Counted from the first letter of the stretch, positions 36,415 to 45,486 are shown. The stretch: DNA of 64,000 bases from Thermotogaceae bacterium (GCA_030445775.1 JASUTC010000001.1:96469-160468); one strand, 5' to 3'. The notes: generated from the sequence alone by a model not told the origin. Program-made: numbers and translations.

Positions 36415-37986
36415 TTATTTAATCACAAATACTCCTTGAGAATCTCCTTCGTTGCTGACGCCTATTTCAGAATAAATTGCTGAAGGATAGGCCATTCCCA
36501 TAAGTTTTGTCAGAATATCTGAAATGTCTACAAACAACATCCCGTAATACTTATCAACGGTTTTAAACTCACCGCTCATATTTGTAAACATCTGATTTGC
36601 AGTAATTGGTGTTGCTTGTTTCACTTTAGTTTGAATATTTTCAGGTTTTAACGTTGTAATCATCATTTTATCCTGACTTAATACCAAATATGGATCAAAT
36701 TCACCCATTTCAATTTCTTCCATATAAGGATCCGTTTCAGCCATGTCTTCCATTTCACCTGAGAGTTTCATATATTTCATCCCATTTGAACTCTGTAATT
36801 GTTCACCGGAAGACAGAATTTGCTGTTCTATATATGCTATATCAGAAGTTCCCATATCGGCATACATATCAACAGCCATTTCACCCGCTTCTGTCATAGA
36901 TACATCTAAGCTCAACCGCATATCTCCTGTCCAACTTTTCATTAATTTCATGATCATATCCATGGCTTCAGCTGGTATTTCTTCATCACTCATTTTTACA
37001 GCTTGCGTCATAATATTTCTTATTACTGGGTCTAACATTGTCCAAAGCTGATCCATATTTCTTAATACCATTGCTCCTCTGACAAAGCCCGGAATGTTCA
37101 ATTTTTCAATCAAATCTGATTGTCTGTTTCCCATGTTGATTACCATGTTTTTAAACGCTTGATCTTTATAATTGTATTGGGTGAAGGACTCAAAAACCAG
37201 TCCATTATTTACATAGCCCTTAGTCCAACCGTATTCCATTTCAGCCTTTTCGCTCAAATCAAATCCCAGTTCCATACCATAGGCTTTTTGCATGGCTTCC
37301 ATCATCTTTTGATTATCCATTTTACCGTTGTAGAAAATCATCCAATTATCCTCTTGGGACAAATTAGAGAAAATGGAGTTTGATATGATGTTGTTTGCTT
37401 TTGCCTTCATGGCAACATTCATAGATTCCTGATCCATTGTAATTAACAAATGCCCATTATCCTGAGCCAATACAACGGGTCCATTAGCGCCAAATTGTAA
37501 TTCCATCTGAAGGAGTTTCCCCATGGTTTCAATGATATCCTGAGGATTTGCAGTTGGTTTTAGGATCAAGGCAAAATTCATATCTTCAATGGCTTCCATT
37601 ACAGGTCCAAGAGATGCCATTGGATCCATGGCCATCATTTGTTCAGGATCAGCCATTTCATTCATTTGGGCAAGTACATCGTAATTGATCTCCCCTCTTG
37701 CAAAAAATCCAATATCTCCCTGTAACAGTGCCCAAACGTTTTCCGGTTTAAATTCAGGATCAGTGTATTTCATGCTCTCAACTTGTTGTGACAACATCCC
37801 CTCCAATCCCATGTCTCTTAGTAAAAATCCGAAAATTGTTTGCTCCTTTAACTTGGCATAATTCTCTGGATTATTGACCGATGTGAACGCAAAAACTGAA
37901 TCTGCTGGAATATAATCGGTAACTTCAGCAAATTGAACTGTTATAAAAGCTAATAACAATAAAAAACAAAAAAAGACCTTTTTCAT
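36415..37986 (-). CDS. secreted methionine-rich, acidic protein; function unknown
   Basis: SD GGAGGTG. Signal MKKVFFCFLLLLAFITVQFA. I count 53 Met in 523 aa, clustered in MxM, MxxM and MM motifs such as MDMIMKLMK and EQMMAMDPM. Confidence 0.6.
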   Translation of the reverse strand: MKKVFFCFLLLLAFITVQFAEVTDYIPADSVFAFTSVNNPENYAKLKEQTIFGFLLRDMGLEGMLSQQVESMKYTDPEFKPENVWALLQGDIGFFARGEINYDVLAQMNEMADPEQMMAMDPMASLGPVMEAIEDMNFALILKPTANPQDIIETMGKLLQMELQFGANGPVVLAQDNGHLLITMDQESMNVAMKAKANNIISNSIFSNLSQEDNWMIFYNGKMDNQKMMEAMQKAYGMELGFDLSEKAEMEYGWTKGYVNNGLVFESFTQYNYKDQAFKNMVINMGNRQSDLIEKLNIPGFVRGAMVLRNMDQLWTMLDPVIRNIMTQAVKMSDEEIPAEAMDMIMKLMKSWTGDMRLSLDVSMTEAGEMAVDMYADMGTSDIAYIEQQILSSGEQLQSSNGMKYMKLSGEMEDMAETDPYMEEIEMGEFDPYLVLSQDKMMITTLKPENIQTKVKQATPITANQMFTNMSGEFKTVDKYYGMLFVDISDILTKLMGMAYPSAIYSEIGVSNEGDSQGVFVIK

Positions 37987-38001
37987 GTTGCACCTCCAAT
38001 T

Positions 38002-38958
38002 TTAGTTTACCCTCTTTGTTAATGAAATAAATATATCCTCTAATGTTGGTTCGTTGATTCTGATGTTTTCGATGGTTGAAAAAGTTTCCAACAAAAGTTG
38101 TTGTAATTCTTTCACTTTATCGTTTCCGTTGATAGTAATGACGTAATTTTTTTTATCTTCATGTTGTACATCTTGAATCCAGTTTATTGTTTTCAGTTTG
38201 TTATAATTGTCTTTGTTTTCAATCAAACCGGATACAAAAACTTTTATTTCATCCTTTTTTTTCAATTCGGCAGATTTCAGATTTAAGATACTGTCAATGG
38301 TAATTAACTGTCCTTTATCGATGATGGCCACTCGCTTACAAATTTCCTCCACAGACCACATCACATGTGTAGTCAAGAGTACCGTTGTACCATTTTCATT
38401 GATCTCCAGGATGAAATCCCTGACGACCTGGCGGGATTTCGGATCCAAACCATTTGTGGGTTCATCCAAAACAAGGAGTTTCGGATCATGTAAAATCCCT
38501 CTGCATATATTGATTTTTTGGGCCATCCCAGATGAAAAATTCTTAATTTTTTCATGACGCCATTCCCACATATCAAATTTCTTAAGAAGCATCTCGATCC
38601 TCTGGTTTGCCCTTTTTTTCTCTATATTATACAAACTGGCTGCATGCATCAAATTTTCTTTGGCGCTTAAATGCTGATACAAAATGACAGAAGCGGGAAC
38701 ATAACCAATGATTTCTCTGATTTCTTTTCTTTTTTTTGTGATATCATTTCCAAAAAGCTTGACTGAGCCTTTATCAGGTTTAAGAATCGTTGTTAAAATT
38801 CTTACTAGAGTTGTTTTCCCCGCTCCGTTGGGACCTAACAACCCAAAAATTTCTCCTTGATTAAAATTGAAGGAAACTTCTTTTAATGCCTGAATACTTC
38901 CAAAACTTTTGCTGATATTGTTAATTTCAACAGCTATAGTGTTACTCAATACGATCAC
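38002..38958 (-). CDS. ABC transporter ATP-binding protein (ABC-2/DrrA/CcmA-like, with a C-terminal extension)
   Basis: Walker A GPNGAGKTT, signature FSSGMAQK, Walker B LVLDEPTNGLD, H-loop TTHVM. The start is ambiguous (GTG 38958 or TTG 38949 after AGGTGA). Confidence 0.85.
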   Translation of the reverse strand: MIVLSNTIAVEINNISKSFGSIQALKEVSFNFNQGEIFGLLGPNGAGKTTLVRILTTILKPDKGSVKLFGNDITKKRKEIREIIGYVPASVILYQHLSAKENLMHAASLYNIEKKRANQRIEMLLKKFDMWEWRHEKIKNFSSGMAQKINICRGILHDPKLLVLDEPTNGLDPKSRQVVRDFILEINENGTTVLLTTHVMWSVEEICKRVAIIDKGQLITIDSILNLKSAELKKKDEIKVFVSGLIENKDNYNKLKTINWIQDVQHEDKKNYVITINGNDKVKELQQLLLETFSTIENIRINEPTLEDIFISLTKRVN

Positions 38959-38965
38959 CTGTTTT

Positions 38966-39364
38966 TTATCTTTTTTTGTTTTTTAGATCTCCCAACGCAC
39001 CGGGACCTGCAATTTCAATACGCTGTCCCTCTTTCTTGATCTTTTCTTCAGCTTCCTCCATTATCTTTTTATATTGTTCATATTCTGCTTTGATGGCTGA
39101 CATATCTCCATCGAACCAATTCATAATACTTTCAGTTAATCCCTCGACGGTGTTGAAGTCTACATTATCTGCTGAGCCCAGATATTTCATAATATTCAAT
39201 TGCTTCCTTACTGCAGCTCTTATATCCTCTTTTTTTATCACATCTTGATCTGTTAAGGCACTTCCTATGATATTAATTCTAAAACGAAGGTCTTCAACAG
39301 ATGCACTTAACCCTTCTAATCTTGATATGAGCATGTTCATCAATTCTTCCAATGACATATCCAT
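38966..39364 (-). CDS. 132-aa predicted coiled-coil protein, function unknown
   Basis: SD GGAGGG upstream. Heptad-like charged sequence with no recognisable motif. Confidence 0.4.
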   Translation of the reverse strand: MDMSLEELMNMLISRLEGLSASVEDLRFRINIIGSALTDQDVIKKEDIRAAVRKQLNIMKYLGSADNVDFNTVEGLTESIMNWFDGDMSAIKAEYEQYKKIMEEAEEKIKKEGQRIEIAGPGALGDLKNKKR

Positions 39365-39405
39365 TTATATACATCCCTCCAAAAATTCTTTTATATTGAA
39401 CTTTA

Positions 39406-40023
39406 TTAACAACAAGTAATGAAATCCCCACCGGAACCTTCACAACAACAGTCAAGACACCAAAGGGTACTACAAACCTGACAACATGTCTCTGTATCTG
39501 TTCTGGCATGGCCGGCTCTTCTGGAAAAGAAATAACCGTTAACCGTTTGCCTGTAAGCCGCTTGATATTCTGAGTTTTCAGGATCAAGCCTTAAGGCCTT
39601 TTCAAAGTTAATCCTGCCCTGATTGTAATTCCCGGATGAAATCTCTATCACGCCCATCAGATAAAACCACTCAGCATCTCTCACACTTATATCTTCCAAG
39701 ATATTTCTGGCTTCAGAAAATCTTCCAGCTTGAATCAGTCTTCTAATATATGTATAATCATAGCCCGAAGAACTACTTGTAGATCTTGAGTTGTTTTTTT
39801 GATAACTATCTTCTTGATAGCCTTGCCGTGAAACACCGTTGTTGATAACATAATCATACGCTTCGTTTATTTCCTTCATTTTTTGCTCTGCCAATTCTTT
39901 CATGTGTTTTTCTTTATAATAATCCGGATGGTATTTTTTAACCAACCGATTATAAGCTTCTTTTATTTCCTTTTTTGTTGCACCGGGTTTGATATTTAAG
40001 ACTTTATAGGGATCTTTATTCAT
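39406..40023 (-). CDS. J-domain protein with a TPR-like middle and a C-terminal cysteine string
   Basis: J domain DPYKVLNI...[16 protein letters not shown] (HPD motif). C-terminus [26 protein letters not shown] has 9 Cys in 26 aa. SD AAGGAG lies 6 nt before ATG 40023. Confidence 0.75.
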   Translation of the reverse strand: MNKDPYKVLNIKPGATKKEIKEAYNRLVKKYHPDYYKEKHMKELAEQKMKEINEAYDYVINNGVSRQGYQEDSYQKNNSRSTSSSSGYDYTYIRRLIQAGRFSEARNILEDISVRDAEWFYLMGVIEISSGNYNQGRINFEKALRLDPENSEYQAAYRQTVNGYFFSRRAGHARTDTETCCQVCSTLWCLDCCCEGSGGDFITCC

Positions 40024-40912
40024 GAAGAACTCCTTTTTTTTGACAATTAGACTTCTGACCAAGAACTCTGTAAACCATTGCCGGTAATGACTTTGATATT
40101 ATACCATCAATTTCAGAACGATATACACCCAAACAATCGTTAAAAAGAGAATAGATATACTCGAGGTGATCAAGCAAAAGATATAGACGCCATTTTTCTT
40201 TATCTTTTATTTTTTTTACCACCTCTTCGGTTTTACCAACGGAAAGAATAACTTCTTTATTTTCAAAGATTAGGGGATTATAATGCCACTTTTTTAAATC
40301 CCTTTCGAGATCTTCAAAGGCGTCTAATGTATATATTAATTTACCCAAAAAAAAGGTAAATTGTTCAGTTTCATCAGGTAATTTGATGTACAATTGCCTT
40401 GAAGCATAACGGGTTGTTTTTTTTAGTATTGTCCCAAAACAATTTGATAATTCATCTATTTCGGGCTTCTTAAGTTCTTCCATTCTCTCCAATTGATAAA
40501 AAAGATTATCCAAATCATCGTACTTGAACAATGTTTCACGGTTCCATTTCATCGGGATTTTATTGAGACCTTGGTACAATAATTTCTTAAACCATCTTTC
40601 ATCCCTTATGTTATCCTCAATCTTTTTTTTCACAAAGTAAACGCTGACATCTGCTGCTGTTTGGTCTATCTCATTAGGTCTTTTGACCCTTCTTTTGTTC
40701 ACCGGATGCATGATACAAGTTTCATATTTGTAAACAAAATTTTTACCGCTCAAGGCATGCCATAAAAGGGTTAATAAACTGATGTCATATGATAAAAAAA
40801 GTCTTGAAAATTGTCCATACCTCTTTCCGAGAGTCTTACATAAACCGCAATATTGAGCTTTAAACAGATAATTCTCACAATCATTTCTAACGGGTCTGAT
40901 ATATCCAAACAT
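40016..40912 (-). CDS. DUF5685-like protein, function unknown
   Basis: The N-terminus MFGYIRP....C..Y.....YCGLCK.LG..YG..SRL.LSYD matches my memory of the DUF5685 N-terminus (unverified). It overlaps both neighbouring genes. Confidence 0.5.
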   Translation of the reverse strand: MFGYIRPVRNDCENYLFKAQYCGLCKTLGKRYGQFSRLFLSYDISLLTLLWHALSGKNFVYKYETCIMHPVNKRRVKRPNEIDQTAADVSVYFVKKKIEDNIRDERWFKKLLYQGLNKIPMKWNRETLFKYDDLDNLFYQLERMEELKKPEIDELSNCFGTILKKTTRYASRQLYIKLPDETEQFTFFLGKLIYTLDAFEDLERDLKKWHYNPLIFENKEVILSVGKTEEVVKKIKDKEKWRLYLLLDHLEYIYSLFNDCLGVYRSEIDGIISKSLPAMVYRVLGQKSNCQKKGVLHE

Positions 40913-41235
40913 CAACCTCTCTCCACATATTTCTTGATACCATTCAGGATATCTACATTCGAAGTGCTAACTGCACTCAGTTCTTTTTTACCAAGCCTTT
41001 TTGCCAATTCTATTTTTGTTGTTCTTTGAAATTGTATGAGCAAAGTACCGGTCGTTGCGGTCTTGTTAAACCACATCTTTTTAGTGTTGTCAGAACAGTC
41101 TGAAGCTAAAAACAAAATTTTAAAATGATTTGAATTCAGATATCTTTCCAAACTTTCTTTTCCATATATCAGTGCTCCCATTTTACTTGCAAATGAAAGT
41201 AATCCTATGATCTTTTCTTCAATTTTGTCATTCAC
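40912..41235 (-). CDS. L7Ae/L30e-fold (YlxQ-like) RNA-binding protein
   Basis: 107 aa with a GTG start. LLSFASKMGALIYGKESL....N..K.LFLASD is typical of YlxQ/L7Ae-like proteins. Confidence 0.6.
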   Translation of the reverse strand: MNDKIEEKIIGLLSFASKMGALIYGKESLERYLNSNHFKILFLASDCSDNTKKMWFNKTATTGTLLIQFQRTTKIELAKRLGKKELSAVSTSNVDILNGIKKYVERG

Positions 41236-42344
41236 TAATACTGCGATGATAACACCTCCAATCGTTTTTTATTATTCAAAGATGACCACAGCAAGATTCC
41301 AATCAATATTGCATTGGAAGCGGTTGAACTTCCACCATAAGTAAAAAATGGAAGGGGCAATCCGGTCACAGGAAGTAGACCGATTACCATGCCAACATTA
41401 ATTGTAAATTGTATGAAAAAGGTTGAAAAAACACCCAAAGATAACCACTTCTTCATTCCGCTTCTCTTACGAATGATCGAAATATTTATTGCAAATAGTA
41501 TGAACCAAAGACTGTAAAAAAACAGCATTCCAAAAAAACCTTCTTCTTCAGCAAAAACAGCTAAGACAAAATCTGTGTGGTCAGCCGGTATATATCCATA
41601 TAGGTTTCCTAAACCTCTTTGATAACCTTTTCCAAACAATCCGCCAGAAGCAACCATCGTGACAGATTGTTGAGTGTGATAATAAGTATCAGGATTTTTT
41701 GAAGGATCCAAAAATGCAGTGATTCTTTCTTTTTGATAGGGTTTCAACCCAAAGGTGTAAACCAACAGAATAAGTATTAGAAACAAAATAAAAAATCCAA
41801 GTAAGCGTCTTTTATTCTTTTCAGCAATCACATAGTACATTATAAAAGTAAAGACAAAAACCATACCGGTCCCAAAATCAGGTTCAAGCACGATTAAAAG
41901 AACTACCGGTAAGGTTAATATGAGATTAATCAGTGAGCTCTTTGAAGAATCAACACCGTGAGAATAAAGATAAGAATAAAGGACTATCATAAAAGGTTTC
42001 ACGAACTCAGATGGTTGAAACCCACCAATAGGAGTCGAAAACCATCTTCTTGAACCACCCCATCGCTCACCAAAAATCAAAAGTAAAACCAAAAGACTAA
42101 TAATCAGAATATATCCGGGAATGAGTATTTTTCCAAGGTGGATTCTTTCAAATATAACAGGCGTTATGATGATCAACGCAATAGCTATTGTTATCCAGTT
42201 TATTTGTAAAATAGGTAATCTTGTATACCTGGAGTTGATAACTGCACTTTCAAGATTTATATACCCCAAAAAACTCAAAATGCAAAAAACGATGAAGATT
42301 AAAAATGTTTTATAGTTTAACTTTCTTGTTTTCAATATAAACAC
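41235..42344 (-). CDS. SEDS-family peptidoglycan polymerase (FtsW/RodA/SpoVE)
   Basis: 369 aa, about 10 TM helices. Motifs FQPSEF.K, PDFGT, IPADHTDF.LAVF.EE.GF, LP.TG.PLPF.TYGGSS. Confidence 0.88.
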   Translation of the reverse strand: MFILKTRKLNYKTFLIFIVFCILSFLGYINLESAVINSRYTRLPILQINWITIAIALIIITPVIFERIHLGKILIPGYILIISLLVLLLIFGERWGGSRRWFSTPIGGFQPSEFVKPFMIVLYSYLYSHGVDSSKSSLINLILTLPVVLLIVLEPDFGTGMVFVFTFIMYYVIAEKNKRRLLGFFILFLILILLVYTFGLKPYQKERITAFLDPSKNPDTYYHTQQSVTMVASGGLFGKGYQRGLGNLYGYIPADHTDFVLAVFAEEEGFFGMLFFYSLWFILFAINISIIRKRSGMKKWLSLGVFSTFFIQFTINVGMVIGLLPVTGLPLPFFTYGGSSTASNAILIGILLWSSLNNKKRLEVLSSQY

Positions 42345-42350
42345 ACCTAT

Positions 42351-42380
42351 AAAAAAAGACGGCCATCAGACCGCCTCTTA
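42351..42380 (-). terminator. rho-independent terminator after rplQ
   Basis: On the minus strand, AAGA(GG)CGGTC-TGAT-GGCCGTCTT is followed by a T run (TTTTTTT). Confidence 0.55.
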
Positions 42381-42395
42381 ATTGTAGCTTAAATC

Positions 42396-42752
42396 TTATT
42401 CATCCAAGATTTGAAGTAATGCGACCTCACTCGCATCTCCTCTTCTTTGACCCATTTTCAATATCCTCGTGTATCCACCCGGTCTATCCTTGAATTTCGA
42501 AGAGATTTCGTCAACAACTTTGTTGGTCAGTTTTCTGTCTCCCAGATAAGAATATATGTATCTTCTGGAATGTACTGTCCCACTTTTCCCCTTAGTAATA
42601 ACCTTTTCGACAAATGGTTTGACTGCCTTTGCCTTGGGTAAAGTCGTTACGATACTGCCATGCTCAAAAAGAGACCTCATCAAATTTTTGATTAAAGCCT
42701 TTCTGTGATCACTGGGCCTTGATAACTTTTTTAATTTTTTCCTGTGTTTCAT
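42396..42752 (-). CDS. rplQ: 50S ribosomal protein L17
   Basis: MKHRKKLKKLSRPSDHRKALIKNL... is a canonical L17 N-terminus. Last gene of the alpha operon. Confidence 0.96.
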   Translation of the reverse strand: MKHRKKLKKLSRPSDHRKALIKNLMRSLFEHGSIVTTLPKAKAVKPFVEKVITKGKSGTVHSRRYIYSYLGDRKLTNKVVDEISSKFKDRPGGYTRILKMGQRRGDASEVALLQILDE

Positions 42753-42810
42753 ATTGCCTCCTCCTTCTTGTTCGGGCAGCTATTGCCCTTGAGCAGTAAA
42801 ATGGAGTATT

Positions 42811-43926
42811 CTAAATATCCAAAGATATATCGAATTTTTCCTTTAGTTTTTCATTTACTTCTGCTAAAGATTTTTTACCAAAATTTCGTATTTTTAAAAG
42901 TTCCTGTATAGGCCTATTGAGAAGGTCTCCAATGGTATTTACCTTATCCCTTTTTAAACAGTTCAAAGATCTAACGGACAATTCAAGATTTTCGATTGGC
43001 AAAGAACTAATATCTTCATCACCGGATTGTGTTTCTTCTTCTTCTTCCTCAAGACCACTTTCCTCAACTTCTACTTCTTCTACTTGTTCATTTTCAACTT
43101 CTGACTCAGTTTCACTTTCTTTTTCAGAAACCTCTGCTTCATTGACGATCTGTTCCTCATCTTCTTCACTTTCAATCTTATCAGGCTTGTCAGGACTTTC
43201 AAAAATCATATCAAAGGTTGTCAGTTCAGGAAGATTTTCTTGGATTTTTTCAAAGTGCCCAATCAAGATATTCGACGAAGCTCTTAGAGCTTCTTTTGGC
43301 GTAATATTCTTTTTTGTCCAGATTTCAAGAATTAATTTGTCATAGTCTGTTTTTTTACCTACACGAACATCTTCATCTCTGAAGTTAACCCGCATAACAG
43401 GACTAAATATACCGTCTATGGGTATCATTTGTATATCATCAATCTCTTCGAATTCAACGATTGGTACATAGCCTTTTCCCATTTCAGCATACAAGAACAT
43501 TTCAAAATCAGCATCTTCGTTCAAAGTAGCAATTTTGTGTTCAGGATTTGTTACTGTGATTCCTGCAGGACATTTTATATCAGCAGCGGTTACAATTCCG
43601 GGTCCTGTTTTATCAATTTTTAACTCGACCATCTCATCAAGCTTAATCTCTTTTCGAAGTTGAATTTGTTTGACATTCATTATTATTTCCAGAATATCCT
43701 CTTTAACACCCTTTATGGTATCGTACTCATGGAATTTATCTGGAATCTTTATTCTGGTTATAGCCAAAGACATGATGGAAGATAACAAAACGCGCCTTAA
43801 AGAATTACCTATGGTTATAGAAAACCCCTTTTCCAAAGGTGATAGGGAAAATCTACCGTATAAATAATCCCCTTCTTCTCTTTCTTCCTCAATGATTAAT
43901 TTCTTAGGCATAACATATTTAATCAT
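42811..43926 (-). CDS. rpoA: DNA-directed RNA polymerase alpha subunit with an unusually long acidic inter-domain linker
   Basis: NTD: F.ITIGNSLRRVLLSS. CTD: LELSVRSLNCLKR...IGDL. A 65-aa linker lies between them (aa 244-308). Confidence 0.95.
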   Translation of the reverse strand: MIKYVMPKKLIIEEEREEGDYLYGRFSLSPLEKGFSITIGNSLRRVLLSSIMSLAITRIKIPDKFHEYDTIKGVKEDILEIIMNVKQIQLRKEIKLDEMVELKIDKTGPGIVTAADIKCPAGITVTNPEHKIATLNEDADFEMFLYAEMGKGYVPIVEFEEIDDIQMIPIDGIFSPVMRVNFRDEDVRVGKKTDYDKLILEIWTKKNITPKEALRASSNILIGHFEKIQENLPELTTFDMIFESPDKPDKIESEEDEEQIVNEAEVSEKESETESEVENEQVEEVEVEESGLEEEEEETQSGDEDISSLPIENLELSVRSLNCLKRDKVNTIGDLLNRPIQELLKIRNFGKKSLAEVNEKLKEKFDISLDI

Positions 43927-44003
43927 ACTTTTCGATCCCTCCCGGTAGAGTTTATAATTTTAAACTCATTGCAGACATTATGCTTTGTCTACATCAACTC
44001 GAA

Positions 44004-44025
44004 AGAAGGTCATTGAGGACCTTCT
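44004..44025 (-). other. perfect 8-bp stem-loop in the rpsD-rpoA spacer
   Basis: AGAAGGTC-ATTGAG-GACCTTCT. On the minus strand only a short U stretch follows, so it is a weak terminator or an RNA processing/stability element. Confidence 0.35.
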
Positions 44026-44035
44026 TCTTTGGATT

Positions 44036-44665
44036 TTACTTGGAGTACAATTCTACGATAGATTGTACGTCCACTGGCAGGCCTGCTTCTTCCATTTCCG
44101 GATACCTGAGACAAGTTGCCTGATAGGCATCGAAATTAACATCCAGCCAGGGTGCAGTGCCTTTATCTTTGGCACTTGCTATAGCTTCACTGATAACCGA
44201 GAGAGATCTGCTTTTTTCTTTTACTTCAACTACATCATCCGGTTTAACTCTCATGGAAGGAATGCTTGCTTTTTTCCCGTTTATCTTAAAATGACCATGT
44301 GTAACAAGTTGTCGAGCAACATTCCTTGATGGTGCAAAACCCATTCTGTAAACGGTGTTGTCCAATCGTGATTCAACGATCTTGACAAGGTTATCACCGG
44401 TTACCCCTTCCTTTTTACGTGCTTCTTCAAAGTAGTTTCTGAATTGTTTCTCTAAAACACCATATATTCTTTTCATTGTTTGTTTTGTCCTAAGCTGCAT
44501 ACCATATTGTGTCAATTTGTTTCTCGAAGTTGGTCCATGTTGACCGGGCACATATGGTCTTCTATCAAAAGCACATTTATTGCTAAAACAGCGGTCTCCT
44601 TTAAGGTAAAGTTTTTTACCTTCTCTTCTACATAATTTACAAAGAGGACCTCTATATCTTGCCAT
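44036..44665 (-). CDS. rpsD: 30S ribosomal protein S4
   Basis: [23 protein letters not shown].... SD AAGGAGGT lies 7 nt before ATG 44665, so the track ORF is N-extended. Confidence 0.96.
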   Translation of the reverse strand: MARYRGPLCKLCRREGKKLYLKGDRCFSNKCAFDRRPYVPGQHGPTSRNKLTQYGMQLRTKQTMKRIYGVLEKQFRNYFEEARKKEGVTGDNLVKIVESRLDNTVYRMGFAPSRNVARQLVTHGHFKINGKKASIPSMRVKPDDVVEVKEKSRSLSVISEAIASAKDKGTAPWLDVNFDAYQATCLRYPEMEEAGLPVDVQSIVELYSK

Positions 44666-44684
44666 TAATTCTACCTCCTTAAGT

Positions 44685-45077
44685 TTACATTCCTCGTCTT
44701 TTTTTCGGTCGACAACCATTGTGTGGATTAGAAGTGGTATCTTTGATGTTGTTGACTTCTAACCCTGAAGCTTGAAACGTTCGAATAGCGGCTTCTTTCC
44801 CGGGTCCAGGACCATTTACTTCTATATCCAACTTTTTTAAACCCATTTTTAACAAGTCTTTTCCCAATTGATCCGCAGCAATTTGAGCGGCATAAGGAGT
44901 ACTTTTTTTGGAACCGGTGTAACCCACAGTTCCCCCACTTGCCCATGATATGGTGTTACTATTCATATCACTGATGGTTATAATCGTATTATTGTATGTC
45001 GATCTGATTTTGGCTATCGCACGATCAGATTGTAGTTTCCTCTTCTTCTTTTTTTCCTTTTTTTTCTTTATCGCCAT
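44685..45077 (-). CDS. rpsK: 30S ribosomal protein S11
   Basis: ...[18 protein letters not shown]...[16 protein letters not shown]. Confidence 0.96.
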   Translation of the reverse strand: MAIKKKKEKKKKRKLQSDRAIAKIRSTYNNTIITISDMNSNTISWASGGTVGYTGSKKSTPYAAQIAADQLGKDLLKMGLKKLDIEVNGPGPGKEAAIRTFQASGLEVNNIKDTTSNPHNGCRPKKRRGM

Positions 45078-45094
45078 TTACAGCCCTCCATTCA

Positions 45095-45463
45095 TCATTT
45101 TCTCTTGCGGCCTATTCCGGGTTTTCTACCTTTTCTGGTTCTGGCATTGGTCTTTGACCTTTGTCCCCTGACTGGAAGGCCCAATCTGTGTCTTCTTCCT
45201 CTATAGCTACCAATTTCAACAAGTCTTTTAATATTTTTTTGAACTTCCTGTTTCAATTCACCCTCGATCTTATAATTATCATTGATAAACTGAGTTACTT
45301 TTCTTATCTCGTCTTCAGCAAGATCTTTAACCCTTTTGTCCGGGTCAATTTCGGTGTTTTTAAGAATTTCATCCGCTCTTGTTGGTCCTATACCATAGAT
45401 ATACCTCAAAGCGACAAAAACCTTTTTCTGATTGGGTAATTCTACCCCAAGTACACGTGCCAT
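45095..45463 (-). CDS. rpsM: 30S ribosomal protein S13
   Basis: MARVLGVELPNQKKVFVALRYIYGIG.... Confidence 0.96.
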   Translation of the reverse strand: MARVLGVELPNQKKVFVALRYIYGIGPTRADEILKNTEIDPDKRVKDLAEDEIRKVTQFINDNYKIEGELKQEVQKNIKRLVEIGSYRGRRHRLGLPVRGQRSKTNARTRKGRKPGIGRKRK

Positions 45464-45486
45464 CTATCTTTTTACCTCCCTTTCTG

